Shown here piece by piece: positions 1 to 8,925 of a stretch of 64,000 bases of DNA. Position 1 is the stretch's first letter. Every line of letters begins with the position of its first letter. Below the pieces are notes generated by a model. That model was given only the letters and a program-made list of their open reading frames with translations, was not told where the DNA came from and did no database searches. A program made the position numbers and the translations under genes. This DNA is from a virus: the UHGV virus genome UHGV-0307316, one strand, 5' to 3'.

Positions 1-150
1 CCTCTCCCCCTCTTACTCCCCCTCTCCCCAAAAGTCAAGAGAAAAATTTGTAGCGGATTGAAAAATAATTCTTGATTTGCGTTCTGTTTTGTGGTAGTCG
101 TGCGCACCCGTTTCATTACAGTTTTGCCAAAAATATTTTTAAAATTTTTA

Positions 151-210
151 TTGACTCTTTGAACGTGGTTATCTAATATTTACATCAACGGGGAGGGAAT
201 GACCTTCCCC
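151..210 (+). promoter_or_regulatory. class-B early promoter (TTGACT-N17-TAATAT) with transcribed 5' hairpin
   Basis: -35 at 151-156, -10 at 174-179, AT-rich UP region; hairpin GGGGAGGG-AATGA-CCTTCCCC at 190-210. Confidence 0.6.
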
Positions 211-242
211 ACTAAATAAAATCCTAAACTGGAGATTCAAAA

Positions 243-431
243 ATGGCATCAAGAAAAATTAAAGTTGGCGATGAGGTTAACATTAAGCACGAATACTCTT
301 ACAAAATGCTAACTATACGCTCTTATAAGGTTTATCAGGTGGAAGCTATCCACAAAGATAATACTTTTTCCTTAAAAGGGTATAGCGAACGTTTCCCTGC
401 TGAACTCTTTGAGAAATGGAGCGTGAAATAA
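243..431 (+). CDS. hypothetical early protein (62 aa)
   Basis: ORF with ATG start, GGAG RBS upstream; directly downstream of promoter plus 5' hairpin cassette. Confidence 0.6.
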   Translation: MASRKIKVGDEVNIKHEYSYKMLTIRSYKVYQVEAIHKDNTFSLKGYSERFPAELFEKWSVK

Positions 432-637
432 TGCTTTACAGTCGTGAATTGATGGTTACAACTAACGTTAACACAAATGCAAAACGTTTTTACATGCAAA
501 TTTGTGGCGTATGGTCTAGAATATCAGAAGCTGACTATTGCAACTATGTAGAAACAGCTATAAACTCTAATTGCTACCTTACAAGAAATACTAAAAAATT
601 TACGAGACAGACAGCAATTTACTACTACGATAAATAA
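431..637 (+). CDS. hypothetical early protein
   Basis: ORF; ATG at 431 overlaps upstream stop (TAATG); ORF track alternative start 416. Confidence 0.5.
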   Translation: MLYSRELMVTTNVNTNAKRFYMQICGVWSRISEADYCNYVETAINSNCYLTRNTKKFTRQTAIYYYDK

Positions 638-644
638 AAAGTAC

Positions 645-680
645 TTTACAAGGGGCTTATAGTTCGATAAAGTAAGCCCC
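645..680 (+). promoter_or_regulatory. class-A promoter cassette (TTTACA-N17-TAAAGT) with embedded inverted repeat
   Basis: Consensus hexamers with 17-bp spacer; IR GGGGCTTA/TAAGCCCC spans spacer and -10. Confidence 0.5.
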
Positions 681-727
681 AGATAAAGAGCTTTACCAAA
701 TTAACCCTTAAACTAGGAGATTCAAAA

Positions 728-1111
728 ATGGCATATCGTGCACCTAAATTCATCAACAAAGACAACTTTCGCAACACACTGGAGAAGTCACTTGATGAAA
801 ATTTTAAAGGTAACATTATCGTTGTTCACGCATTCAATTTTAAGTATGATGTAAACGGGAATAGAATCAACCATTACACGGCAACCATGTTAGATGGTAC
901 ACTTTCAAGTGAAAAAGCCGTACTAAATGCACTGGCAGGACGTGGAAAGGTATTAGTAAGATGTGATAAGAGACGTTATCAGGGCGGTGCATATGGTTAT
1001 GATGATGCTGTTTACCATCTTGAAAATATGGGCTATCAAGTAGAAAAAGCTGGAGCATCACAAATCATCGGCAGTGATGGTTATGTAACTATCTTCAAAA
1101 TTAACAAATAA
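728..1111 (+). CDS. hypothetical early protein (127 aa)
   Basis: ORF with AGGAG RBS 8 nt upstream; preceded by class-A promoter cassette. Confidence 0.65.
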   Translation: MAYRAPKFINKDNFRNTLEKSLDENFKGNIIVVHAFNFKYDVNGNRINHYTATMLDGTLSSEKAVLNALAGRGKVLVRCDKRRYQGGAYGYDDAVYHLENMGYQVEKAGASQIIGSDGYVTIFKINK

Positions 1112-1116
1112 AGTAC

Positions 1117-1152
1117 TTTACAAGGGGCTTATAGTTCGATAAAGTAAGCCCC
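1117..1152 (+). promoter_or_regulatory. class-A promoter cassette
   Basis: Near-identical copy of 645-680 cassette. Confidence 0.5.
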
Positions 1153-1197
1153 AGATAAAAAGCTTTACTACTCAATCCTAAATTGGAGAACTTAAAA

Positions 1198-1491
1198 ATG
1201 GCTATTATCAAAAACGTTGTAATTACTGCAAAGACTCGTGATGACGCTCGCGTTATGGCTAAAAAGTTATGCGGTAAAGTGGTTGACAACGGAAAACAAT
1301 CTGCTGTAAGGTGGGGTGTGAAGGTTGATAAACAGTTGAAGTTAAAAAATTCACCGATAAACCTTTTTACATGTGTAAACACTATCGGGAAGACAAATGT
1401 ATACACGAAAAAGGCATACATTAGACGCGTAGCATTAACATCCCCCATTCGTACAATGAGAAGTTATGCAAAGCTGAAAATTAACAAATAA
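1198..1491 (+). CDS. hypothetical early protein, basic
   Basis: ORF track starts at TTG 1183; first ATG at 1198 has GGAG RBS. Confidence 0.6.
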   Translation: MAIIKNVVITAKTRDDARVMAKKLCGKVVDNGKQSAVRWGVKVDKQLKLKNSPINLFTCVNTIGKTNVYTKKAYIRRVALTSPIRTMRSYAKLKINK

Positions 1492-1496
1492 AGTAC

Positions 1497-1532
1497 TTTA
1501 CAGGGGGCTTAAAAGCTGATACCTTAAGCCCC
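1497..1532 (+). promoter_or_regulatory. class-A promoter cassette (variant)
   Basis: TTTACA plus IR GGGGCTTAA/TTAAGCCCC; -10 degenerate. Confidence 0.4.
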
Positions 1533-1576
1533 AGATAAAGAGCTTTACCACTAAATCCTAAACTGGAGATTCAAAA

Positions 1577-2089
1577 ATGAAAACTGTAGACGCTACCTTT
1601 GAAGTTGTAAAAGAAAAATTCACTATTATTTATGAAGCTGTCAATTGCTTTGAAGCAAGCCATAATCTTGATAATTGGGAATTTACAGATGACCATCAAG
1701 GCGGTGTGACGATTAAAAATCCTAACTGTCAGCGTAATGAATTTAAATATGCAATCCCTTTACATTACAGCCTTAAACAGCTTTCAAGTGACTATGCAAA
1801 ACAAGGCCGGGCAAATCCATCAAAAGAGGCTTACATCAGCTTACAGAAAGAACTAGAAAGAGATTTAGAGGCTTCAGAATATAACATTGCCGCGAAAGTT
1901 GTAGATGCAAATGGCAGCACTGTTTTAGAAAGTTTTTATATTGGTTACGCTTTCGATTGGTGCTACAGTGACGGCGATGATTTAGAGGATAGACTAAAAG
2001 AAGAGGTGAACAACGCAGACGCAGAATCTGAAGTATTAGAACGTTTGGAATCGTTGAAAGACTCAGTGATGAATATCTTTAAGAACTAA
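1577..2089 (+). CDS. hypothetical early protein, strongly acidic (170 aa)
   Basis: ORF with RBS; acidic C-terminal half (D/E-rich). Confidence 0.65.
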   Translation: MKTVDATFEVVKEKFTIIYEAVNCFEASHNLDNWEFTDDHQGGVTIKNPNCQRNEFKYAIPLHYSLKQLSSDYAKQGRANPSKEAYISLQKELERDLEASEYNIAAKVVDANGSTVLESFYIGYAFDWCYSDGDDLEDRLKEEVNNADAESEVLERLESLKDSVMNIFKN

Positions 2090-2098
2090 ATAGATTCC

Positions 2099-2134
2099 TT
2101 TACACGGGGTTATCAAGCTGGTAGGATAGCCCCA
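2099..2134 (+). promoter_or_regulatory. class-A promoter cassette (variant)
   Basis: TTTACA plus IR GGGGTTATC/GATAGCCCC. Confidence 0.4.
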
Positions 2135-2181
2135 GATAAAGAGATTTATCAAATAAAGCCCTTAAACTAGGAGATTCTAAA

Positions 2182-2478
2182 ATGAAATTATCAAATAAAG
2201 TCCGTGAAAATTTAAGCAAGTTACTTAATAAAATTGATTTCATTGAAACATCAAGAAATAGTCATGATGTTATGGAATGGTTACACGGAAAAATCAAAGG
2301 CCGTCGTGTAGTGATTTGCTTATGGAACAGTTGCAGGGAGTATAAAAAACCTGTATTGCAAGTCAATATTTATGATGATACTTTTAAAAGTCCTGTAAAA
2401 TCTAAAAGCGATTTATTAGAATCCTATGAGATAACTGTAAATGGCAAAGTATCACGTAAAGAGGAAACACCATGTTAA
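2182..2478 (+). CDS. hypothetical early protein
   Basis: ORF with AGGAG RBS. Confidence 0.6.
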   Translation: MKLSNKVRENLSKLLNKIDFIETSRNSHDVMEWLHGKIKGRRVVICLWNSCREYKKPVLQVNIYDDTFKSPVKSKSDLLESYEITVNGKVSRKEETPC

Positions 2479-2804
2479 TGACTGGTATCACTGCAATCAT
2501 TGCCATTTTCGCTCTATATAAGGCATATAAAGCCTATAATCTAGCAAATAAGGCAACCACCCAGCAGGTTAGCAATAGCCTTGTAGAAAGCTTTCTAGGG
2601 CGTTTAAGTGATGAGCAAATAAAGCGGCTAGAGATGAGCTTCAGATATAAAGCGAAAACCTATCAGATAAGTGACATCTTCAAAGATAATTTTCAGTTAG
2701 TGGATGATTATAATTCTCTGATAAATGCTTTAAATGTCAGTGACTTAAAAGACTACTACGCTGTAATTGTTCAAGAATTGAGCAAACGAAAACAAAACTG
2801 TTGA
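2472..2804 (+). CDS. hypothetical protein with N-terminal transmembrane helix
   Basis: ORF; N-terminus MLMTGITAIIAIFALYKAY is hydrophobic. Confidence 0.55.
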   Translation: MLMTGITAIIAIFALYKAYKAYNLANKATTQQVSNSLVESFLGRLSDEQIKRLEMSFRYKAKTYQISDIFKDNFQLVDDYNSLINALNVSDLKDYYAVIVQELSKRKQNC

Positions 2805-2860
2805 CACTGGTTTTTAGATAGATTAAATTACACATCAACGGGGAGGGAATGACCTTCCCC
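2801..2860 (+). promoter_or_regulatory. class-B promoter (TTGACA-N17-TAAATT) with 5' hairpin
   Basis: -35 2801-2806, -10 2824-2829, hairpin 2840-2860. Confidence 0.55.
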
Positions 2861-2894
2861 ACTAAATAAAGCCCTTAAACTAGGAGATTCAAAA

Positions 2895-3053
2895 ATGTTT
2901 TGTGCAGGTGATAAAGTTGTCTGGAATGATATAGATGACGGTTTATGTACGAAAGTTGTTGTTATCTTAGAAATTGATTATATCACTGGTGTTGCAACTG
3001 TAGCAGATAATGATATAATCTTTGATGTCTTAATTAGTGAACTGTCAAAATAA
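2895..3053 (+). CDS. small hypothetical protein (52 aa)
   Basis: Below ORF-track cutoff; open frame read by hand, ATG 7 nt after AGGAG, behind class-B cassette. Confidence 0.45.
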   Translation: MFCAGDKVVWNDIDDGLCTKVVVILEIDYITGVATVADNDIIFDVLISELSK

Positions 3054-3079
3054 AATCCTTAAACTAGGAGATTCTGAAA

Positions 3080-3352
3080 ATGTATACTACTAACAACGGT
3101 CGCACTTTAAACGTAACCCTGCGTCACTATGTGAATGGTGTGATGCACTTTGATGATTTACAAGCTGAGCAACACATCTTAAATTGGCAAGTTGCAGGAC
3201 TCCAAAAAACTGCTACAGGATACGGGAAAAAGATTCCAACCAGTTGGAAAGTATACTACGCAGGACGTTTACGCAGAATTTATCAAGATGTGCAAAGCAA
3301 TAGCGCATCGAGTTACATTATAGTAAAAGGCAAAAAACTGCATTTAATGTAA
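3080..3352 (+). CDS. hypothetical early protein
   Basis: ORF with AGGAG RBS. Confidence 0.6.
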   Translation: MYTTNNGRTLNVTLRHYVNGVMHFDDLQAEQHILNWQVAGLQKTATGYGKKIPTSWKVYYAGRLRRIYQDVQSNSASSYIIVKGKKLHLM

Positions 3353-3357
3353 AGTAC

Positions 3358-3393
3358 TTTACAAGGGGCTTATAGTTCGATAAAGTAAGCCCC
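3358..3393 (+). promoter_or_regulatory. class-A promoter cassette
   Basis: Identical to 645-680 cassette. Confidence 0.5.
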
Positions 3394-3438
3394 AGATAAA
3401 GAGCTTTACTACTCAATCCTAAATTGGAGAACTTAAAA

Positions 3439-3843
3439 ATGGCTATTAATAACCGTGAATTATCAATTTTAAAAGCACGTTTGACCGTTAACCGGATTAA
3501 TGTTATCACGTCATCAGCACCAGATGAAACACTACAAAACATTATTGGGAAGATTCAAAGTGTTATCTTAGACGTTGAAAGCGTAAAAAACTCATTGACT
3601 GACGTTGCAGCAGGTATCACGCTAGATGGTGCACAACATGAAATGGCCGACATGTTAGGCAAATCTAAGGTAATGAATAAAGAGTTAGATTTGAAAATGT
3701 TCCGATTTGCTGTTAAAGTGTGGTTATCTGTCGAGTATGATGCTAACTTTGCAATCGCTGACTTTTTCGCCACTTGGTTGCAGCGTAATTTGGCAAATCA
3801 CGATTTCCGTAATATCTGCGATGCAATTTATGCAGAACTATAA
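3439..3843 (+). CDS. hypothetical early protein
   Basis: ORF track starts at TTG 3424; ATG 3439 with GGAG RBS; N-terminus paralogous to 1198 gene (MAI..N). Confidence 0.6.
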   Translation: MAINNRELSILKARLTVNRINVITSSAPDETLQNIIGKIQSVILDVESVKNSLTDVAAGITLDGAQHEMADMLGKSKVMNKELDLKMFRFAVKVWLSVEYDANFAIADFFATWLQRNLANHDFRNICDAIYAEL

Positions 3844-3853
3844 AAAATTTTTG

Positions 3854-3912
3854 TTGACACTGGTTTTTAGATAGATTAAATTACACATCAACGGGGAGGG
3901 AATGACCTTCCC
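3854..3912 (+). promoter_or_regulatory. class-B promoter with 5' hairpin
   Basis: TTGACA 3854-3859, TAAATT 3877-3882, hairpin 3892-3912. Confidence 0.55.
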
Positions 3913-3946
3913 CACTAAATAAAGTCCTAAACTGGAGATTCAAAAA

Positions 3947-4150
3947 ATGGCTATTATTAATGGTTTAACCATTGAAACTACACACATCAAAGATATCAAA
4001 GTTGGTGATATAGTCCTTTCCCACGGCGTAGAAAAAACTGTCACTGCAAAGGATATCAAAGAGGATTCTTTCATGGGTAGGACTCTCTTCGGTGATTCTT
4101 ATTGCTTAGGCTATCTTGCAGTTTTAAAAGTTGTCAAAAATAACAAATAA
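3947..4150 (+). CDS. hypothetical early protein
   Basis: ORF behind class-B cassette. Confidence 0.55.
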   Translation: MAIINGLTIETTHIKDIKVGDIVLSHGVEKTVTAKDIKEDSFMGRTLFGDSYCLGYLAVLKVVKNNK

Positions 4151-4155
4151 AGTAC

Positions 4156-4191
4156 TTTACAAGGGGCTTAAAAGTTGATAACTTAAGCCCC
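4156..4191 (+). promoter_or_regulatory. class-A promoter cassette (variant)
   Basis: TTTACA plus IR GGGGCTTAA/TTAAGCCCC. Confidence 0.4.
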
Positions 4192-4236
4192 AGATAAAGA
4201 ACTTTACCACTAAATCCTAAACTGGAGATTCTAAAA

Positions 4237-4413
4237 ATGATGAACTACTTTAACATTCCCGATACCTGTAGATTATTGACACAAGAAGAAAATTTGGGTA
4301 AACCTTTCATTTACCACATGCCAGATAACACGGCAAAAACTTATAGTTACAATGTTAACCGTTTCACCGCATACGCTGCAAAGAACGGCTATAGGTTGGT
4401 TACTCAAAAGTAA
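4237..4413 (+). CDS. small hypothetical protein (58 aa)
   Basis: Below ORF-track cutoff; read by hand, ATG after GGAG, behind class-A cassette. Confidence 0.45.
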   Translation: MMNYFNIPDTCRLLTQEENLGKPFIYHMPDNTAKTYSYNVNRFTAYAAKNGYRLVTQK

Positions 4414-4489
4414 TGCTGGTTACAACTGCTGGCGAGATTCCTACAGTTGCAGTCAAACTAGTTTTCTCAAAGAAAGTTAAATAAAGCAC

Positions 4490-4525
4490 TTTACAAGGGG
4501 TTTATAGTTCGATAAAGTAAGCCCC
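4490..4525 (+). promoter_or_regulatory. class-A promoter cassette
   Basis: TTTACA-N17-TAAAGT, IR GGGGTTTA/TAAGCCCC. Confidence 0.5.
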
Positions 4526-4571
4526 AGATAAAGAGCTTTACCACTCAATCCTTAAACTAGGAGATTCAAAA

Positions 4572-5114
4572 ATGAAATGTTATCACGGAACTACTCAAGA
4601 AAATTTCCTCAACCTGATTAATAACGGTGATAAACCATCAGGCGCATGGAATTGTTCGGATATGGACGGCAATTTTTACGTGTATCCAGAAAATAAAATC
4701 TATGGCGACGATGATGAAGAGATAACATCGGAGGGCATTCAGCAAGCTCTAGGGAACGCCACTATTACGGCGGCCTTCCAGATGAAAACCCAAAATATTG
4801 TTATCTTAGAACTCGATATTCCAGATGATGAGCTAAATGATGATTATTCTTGTGATAATATGTCGAGTGTAGCAAGTTTTACAGAGTACTTTGATGTAAA
4901 CTGGATTAAAAAGGTCTATACAACAGAGTTTAACGCTATGTATTCGCCTTTTTGTCTTCCTTCACTGGATAACCCAAATATGAACTATCTTGATGAGACA
5001 TTAGAACTACTTGCTAAAAGTGTTCAACAGTCGGACAGTATTCAGGTTTTTTGTGACATCATAGATACACTGACAGGAAACATTGCAGAAGAGGATTTAA
5101 AGAGCTTTTTCTAA
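4572..5114 (+). CDS. hypothetical early protein, acidic (180 aa)
   Basis: ORF with AGGAG RBS; D/E-rich. Confidence 0.65.
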   Translation: MKCYHGTTQENFLNLINNGDKPSGAWNCSDMDGNFYVYPENKIYGDDDEEITSEGIQQALGNATITAAFQMKTQNIVILELDIPDDELNDDYSCDNMSSVASFTEYFDVNWIKKVYTTEFNAMYSPFCLPSLDNPNMNYLDETLELLAKSVQQSDSIQVFCDIIDTLTGNIAEEDLKSFF

Positions 5115-5146
5115 AAACCTATGCAATCACCTTATAAACACTAATC

Positions 5147-5167
5147 AGCCCCTTGTAGGGGCTTTTA
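5147..5167 (+). terminator. rho-independent terminator
   Basis: AGCCCC-TTGTA-GGGGCT followed by TTTT. Confidence 0.55.
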
Positions 5168-5180
5168 GAGGGCTTAAATC

Positions 5181-5414
5181 ATGCTTACAACCATTTATCT
5201 CATCCTCTCAATTTGTAATGGCCATTCATGTGACTTTAAAGGGCTTGAAGAGTTTACAGGAAGTAAAGAAAATGCTATTCAAGTTTGCCAGATAGCAAGG
5301 CAAGACTATCCCGCCAGTGATGATATACAATGTTACTTTAAGACAGAAGATGACGACGGAATCTATTTCGACAGTGTTGACGGTCAATATGAAATTATCA
5401 TTGAAAAAGACTAG
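5181..5414 (+). CDS. hypothetical protein with hydrophobic N-terminus
   Basis: ORF downstream of hairpin/T-run terminator at 5147-5167. Confidence 0.5.
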   Translation: MLTTIYLILSICNGHSCDFKGLEEFTGSKENAIQVCQIARQDYPASDDIQCYFKTEDDDGIYFDSVDGQYEIIIEKD

Positions 5415-5471
5415 ACAAGCCTGATAAAAGTCTGTAAATTGTCAATCAACGGGGAGGGAATGACCTTCCCC
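5411..5471 (+). promoter_or_regulatory. class-B promoter with 5' hairpin
   Basis: TAGACA-N17-TAAATT, hairpin 5451-5471. Confidence 0.5.
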
Positions 5472-5505
5472 ACTAAATAAAACCCTTAAACTAGGAGATT
5501 CAAAA

Positions 5506-5847
5506 ATGGCTTATGTAACCGTAATTACCGATAAAGCTGGCGCATCTTGGTCAACTCAAGTAAGTGATAAGATGTCACCTATGCAGTGCCTAAAATACTT
5601 TGAACAGTGGAACAAAGGCGAGGACACAAGCCCCTTTCAAGTGATGCAGATTATCCATGTAGATAACGAAGGGAATAAAACGGTTTTAAATAGTGAATAC
5701 TACGCAAGCCGTTTTGAAACGAGAAGTAAAACAATGAAGCTTTTACGTGAATCCGGTTATGCCCATATCGCCGCGTTAATCTGGGATGACCTGCTAAAAA
5801 GTCAGCGTATCAGCTATGTAAAGCCTGAAAAAATATTCATCAGTTAA
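5506..5847 (+). CDS. hypothetical early protein
   Basis: ORF behind class-B cassette. Confidence 0.6.
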   Translation: MAYVTVITDKAGASWSTQVSDKMSPMQCLKYFEQWNKGEDTSPFQVMQIIHVDNEGNKTVLNSEYYASRFETRSKTMKLLRESGYAHIAALIWDDLLKSQRISYVKPEKIFIS

Positions 5848-5976
5848 TCAATAACTTACAAAAAACTTTTAAAAAAGTGTTGACAATACCCCTTGACATT
5901 GGTAACTTTGTTCGAGGGGGCTTATCTAAAAGGGATTCACTTAAAAGATTCTTTATAGATAAGCTCAAAAAATTAC

Positions 5977-6035
5977 TTGCAATCAACTATCAAAACAAGT
6001 AAATTACTAATCAACGGGAAGGCAATAACCTCCCC
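5977..6035 (+). promoter_or_regulatory. class-B promoter with variant 5' hairpin
   Basis: TTGCAA-N17-TAAATT; hairpin GGGAAGG...CCTCCCC with compensatory changes. Confidence 0.5.
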
Positions 6036-6067
6036 ACTAAATAAAGTCCTAAACTGGAGATTCTAAA

Positions 6068-6598
6068 ATGAACAAATTTCAAGCTATCAACTTCATTCGT
6101 TCAAATGCTGTAATGTCTAAGCCTGTAAAAGATACATACGAATTCCGTTGTAATGGGGTACATTTCGCAACAATCACCAAATCAGAAAACGGGGCTTATT
6201 ACGTTCATCGTCGTAATGTTTCCACTGTTGTAGTCTCTCACTTTATGCAAGCTGTAGCGGAATTATTACCGTTATTCTTAGAGATTTACTTAGATGAGTG
6301 TAAAAACGTTCACAACCACGTTAAAAACCTTTTAAACGGTTATAAAATGGCTTATGAACGTTCTATCAAGTCCTTAAACAAGTTCTATAAAGCCCCTGAA
6401 AACTCTGTTGCTTCAGCCTATGGCGTAGGCGGTTGGACTGTTAGTCTCTTCGAAGTGGAAGAAATCGAGCTTTACGACCATCGACCTAACGGTTACTCTA
6501 AGACTCTCGGTGAAGGTTTAACGTTCAATATCAAGAACTTAGAAAAAACTTTAAAAGATATTGAAAAAGATATTGACGAGACAATAAAAAGTCTGTAA
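6068..6598 (+). CDS. hypothetical early protein (176 aa)
   Basis: ORF behind class-B cassette. Confidence 0.65.
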   Translation: MNKFQAINFIRSNAVMSKPVKDTYEFRCNGVHFATITKSENGAYYVHRRNVSTVVVSHFMQAVAELLPLFLEIYLDECKNVHNHVKNLLNGYKMAYERSIKSLNKFYKAPENSVASAYGVGGWTVSLFEVEEIELYDHRPNGYSKTLGEGLTFNIKNLEKTLKDIEKDIDETIKSL

Positions 6599-6632
6599 AT
6601 TGTCAATCAACGGGGAGGGAATGACCTTCCCC
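6573..6632 (+). promoter_or_regulatory. class-B promoter with 5' hairpin
   Basis: TTGACG-N17-TAAATT, hairpin 6612-6632. Confidence 0.5.
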
Positions 6633-6664
6633 ACTAAATAAAGTCCTAAACTGGAGTTATCAAG

Positions 6665-6928
6665 ATGGAAAACGTAGAATTAACCACACTTTTACAAATT
6701 GCAACTGACAAAGAAGATGTAGCACTGTTTCACCGTATCGAAAGCGATTTATTCAATGGTGAAATCATCAAAGAGTCTTACGAAGTTGTCGGATTCAAAG
6801 ATGGTAAAGCGTTTGGCTTTTTTGACCTCGACAAAGGCAACGCTGTCACAAAGTATGATGTCGTATCTTGTGAGATTCTTACAAAATACAACGAAAAAAG
6901 GCTTGCAACATACGCCAATATGCAGTAA
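6665..6928 (+). CDS. hypothetical early protein
   Basis: ORF behind class-B cassette. Confidence 0.6.
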   Translation: MENVELTTLLQIATDKEDVALFHRIESDLFNGEIIKESYEVVGFKDGKAFGFFDLDKGNAVTKYDVVSCEILTKYNEKRLATYANMQ

Positions 6929-6960
6929 ATTACTAATCAACGGGAGGCGATAACCTCCCT
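6903..6960 (+). promoter_or_regulatory. class-B promoter with variant 5' hairpin
   Basis: TTGCAA-N17-TAAATT; hairpin GGGAGG...CCTCCC. Confidence 0.5.
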
Positions 6961-6994
6961 ACTAAATAAAACCCTTAAACTAGGAGATTCAAAA

Positions 6995-7243
6995 ATGGCA
7001 ACTATCCGCGCTACTGTCAATGCCTATGGCTGTTATACTCTGGACGTTAAATTCGATATTGGTGGAACTGATGAGTGTTTTTCATTAGTGAAGACAGTTA
7101 TCAAACAAGTTATTCCAGATTATAACCCTACTGATGACTTCTGGAAAGATGCTGTAAAAGAGGCATTAAACGACGAGCATCACTATCATTACTGGGGTGA
7201 CTTGATTGTTTCCCTGTACTACAATAAACAAGGTTACAACTAA
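6995..7243 (+). CDS. hypothetical early protein
   Basis: ORF behind class-B cassette; followed by terminators. Confidence 0.6.
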   Translation: MATIRATVNAYGCYTLDVKFDIGGTDECFSLVKTVIKQVIPDYNPTDDFWKDAVKEALNDEHHYHYWGDLIVSLYYNKQGYN

Positions 7244-7283
7244 TCGACGCAACGGGGCTAAATAGCCCCAGATACCTGAACAG

Positions 7284-7331
7284 CCCCTATTTAGTATGGA
7301 TTCGATAGAATCTATCTCATAGGGGCTTTTT
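7284..7331 (+). terminator. rho-independent terminator ending early (+) block
   Basis: Stem CCCCTAT/ATAGGGG followed by TTTTTT; preceded by hairpin GGGGCTAAATAGCCCC at 7251-7268. Confidence 0.6.
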
Positions 7332-7339
7332 TACGTCTA

Positions 7340-8880
7340 TCGAATCCTTATACAATCTCTTTCCATCACCTTTCCAGAATCTATCTCATACCTTAAAAGC
7401 AATAACTCTATAGTCTACTCTATAACCTCTTATCAAATCAACTTAAATAAAAGCCCATAACCCGAAAGGGAAGGGCAACCGTTTAAACGCTCTATAAAGC
7501 TCTATAACAGCCTTATCAACCTAACTTAAGGGATTGCATTAACTCACCCTTAAAAGCTCTTTACAGGGCTTTATAGAGGCTTAAAAGAATCTTATAAGGG
7601 TGTAAGCTTTATTACCTCGTTAGCTATCTTGTGAACTACTAAAAAGGGCTTGTTAGTGTCTTAAAAGTATGTTATAGGGGCTTAAAAGTTACGTAAAAGA
7701 GGCTATAAAGTTACGTAAATACTAGCCCCCTTAACATTTTCTTAACATTTTCTTAACAATTTCTTAACAATCCCTACATAGTTATTCTTTTAAGGCACTT
7801 GTTAGCAACTTGTTAGCACCTTGTTAAATCTCTGTTAATACCACGTAAAAGCCTTGTAAGAGTCTTTGACATAGCCTTAAAAGCTCCTGTAAAGCCCTAT
7901 AAAGAGTTATCTGTACAGTTGGGGTGTAACTACTAGGAAGAGACTTAAAAGAGCTTATAAAGAGCTATAGAGAGCTTTTAAGAGGTATGTTTAGAGAATC
8001 ACTAAGAAAGGAAAGGAACGATAAGGAAGAAGTAGTGACCATGTTAACAGCTTGTTAAAAAGATTAAATACTTGTTAGAAACTTGTTAATTATCTTAACA
8101 AGATAACTCTTAAAAATTAACTTGTTAGCTCTTGTTAGTCATCTGTTAAGATTCTGTAAAGCCTATGTATCAACTGTTAAGAAACTGTTAAGCCCTTGTT
8201 AGTTCTGTTAAGAATCTGTTAAGACCTTTGAAGAGTTGTTAAGAGCTTGAGAGAGCTGTTAAGAGATTGTTAAGGATATTTTAAAATTTTGCAAAGTACT
8301 TGTAAGGGAGCTGTTAAGGGCTACCAAGCAGATATACATCTTCTACAGATATTTTTCAGTTCCTTCAAAGACCCTAAAAAATGACTTGATAGTCCTATTT
8401 TATAAAAATTTTAAAATTCTGAATAATTACCTAGACAGTCTTTTAAAAATACAGGTAATAACAGGCTTATAAGATACCTTGTTAGTACCGTGTTAGACCT
8501 TGTGAGATAAGGTCTGTAAAGATATTCCTGTTAAGTTTGTTAAAACAGTCTATATAGAGGCTTAGTAATACCTAGTGAACACCTATAGAGGGTATCATAG
8601 GTAACATAGGGATTAAGAGGTGTATAGGAGCTTCTAAGAGGGTATAGAGAGATGGTTAAGGTGATTGTATAGGTTGTTTAGAAGGCTTGTTAGAAGAGTG
8701 TTTAGAAGGGCTATTTAGAAGGGTTATACAGAGGGCTATTAAGACCACTAGATAGTTACTAAGATACTATATAGTACTATATAACTATATAGAGAGTAAG
8801 ATTAAGAAGGTTGTTAAGAAGGATAGATATTTTATTCACATATGATGGTGACCAAGAGGTTGGGACAACCGATAAAATTT
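7340..8880. repeat. non-coding iteron-rich region (candidate replication origin)
   Basis: No ORF over 60 aa; about 30 copies of YTGTTAR and related motifs, many at 10-11 bp phasing; tandem TTTTCTTAACA x4 at 7738-7780. Confidence 0.6.
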
Positions 8881-8885
8881 TATAA

Positions 8886-8913
8886 AAATTAAAAAGCCCC
8901 CAATTAAGGAGGC
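8886..8913 (-). terminator. rho-independent terminator ending minus block
   Basis: Minus-strand hairpin GCCTCC..GGGGGC followed by T-run. Confidence 0.55.
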
Positions 8914-8925
8914 TCTTAAGATATT

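Noticed and set aside
645-680. Class-A inverted repeats as intrinsic terminators
   Set aside because: The hairpin is followed by AGATAAAGAG, not a U-tract, and the 3' arm lies downstream of the predicted -10; operator or processing-site roles fit better.
6756-6953. 65-aa plus-strand ORF overlapping the 6665-6928 gene in another frame
   Set aside because: No cassette or RBS of its own and overlaps a better-supported gene and the following promoter.
7340-8880. Possible CRISPR array
   Set aside because: Repeats are only 8-11 bp, degenerate and irregularly spaced, with no spacer-like unique segments of constant length and no cas genes nearby.
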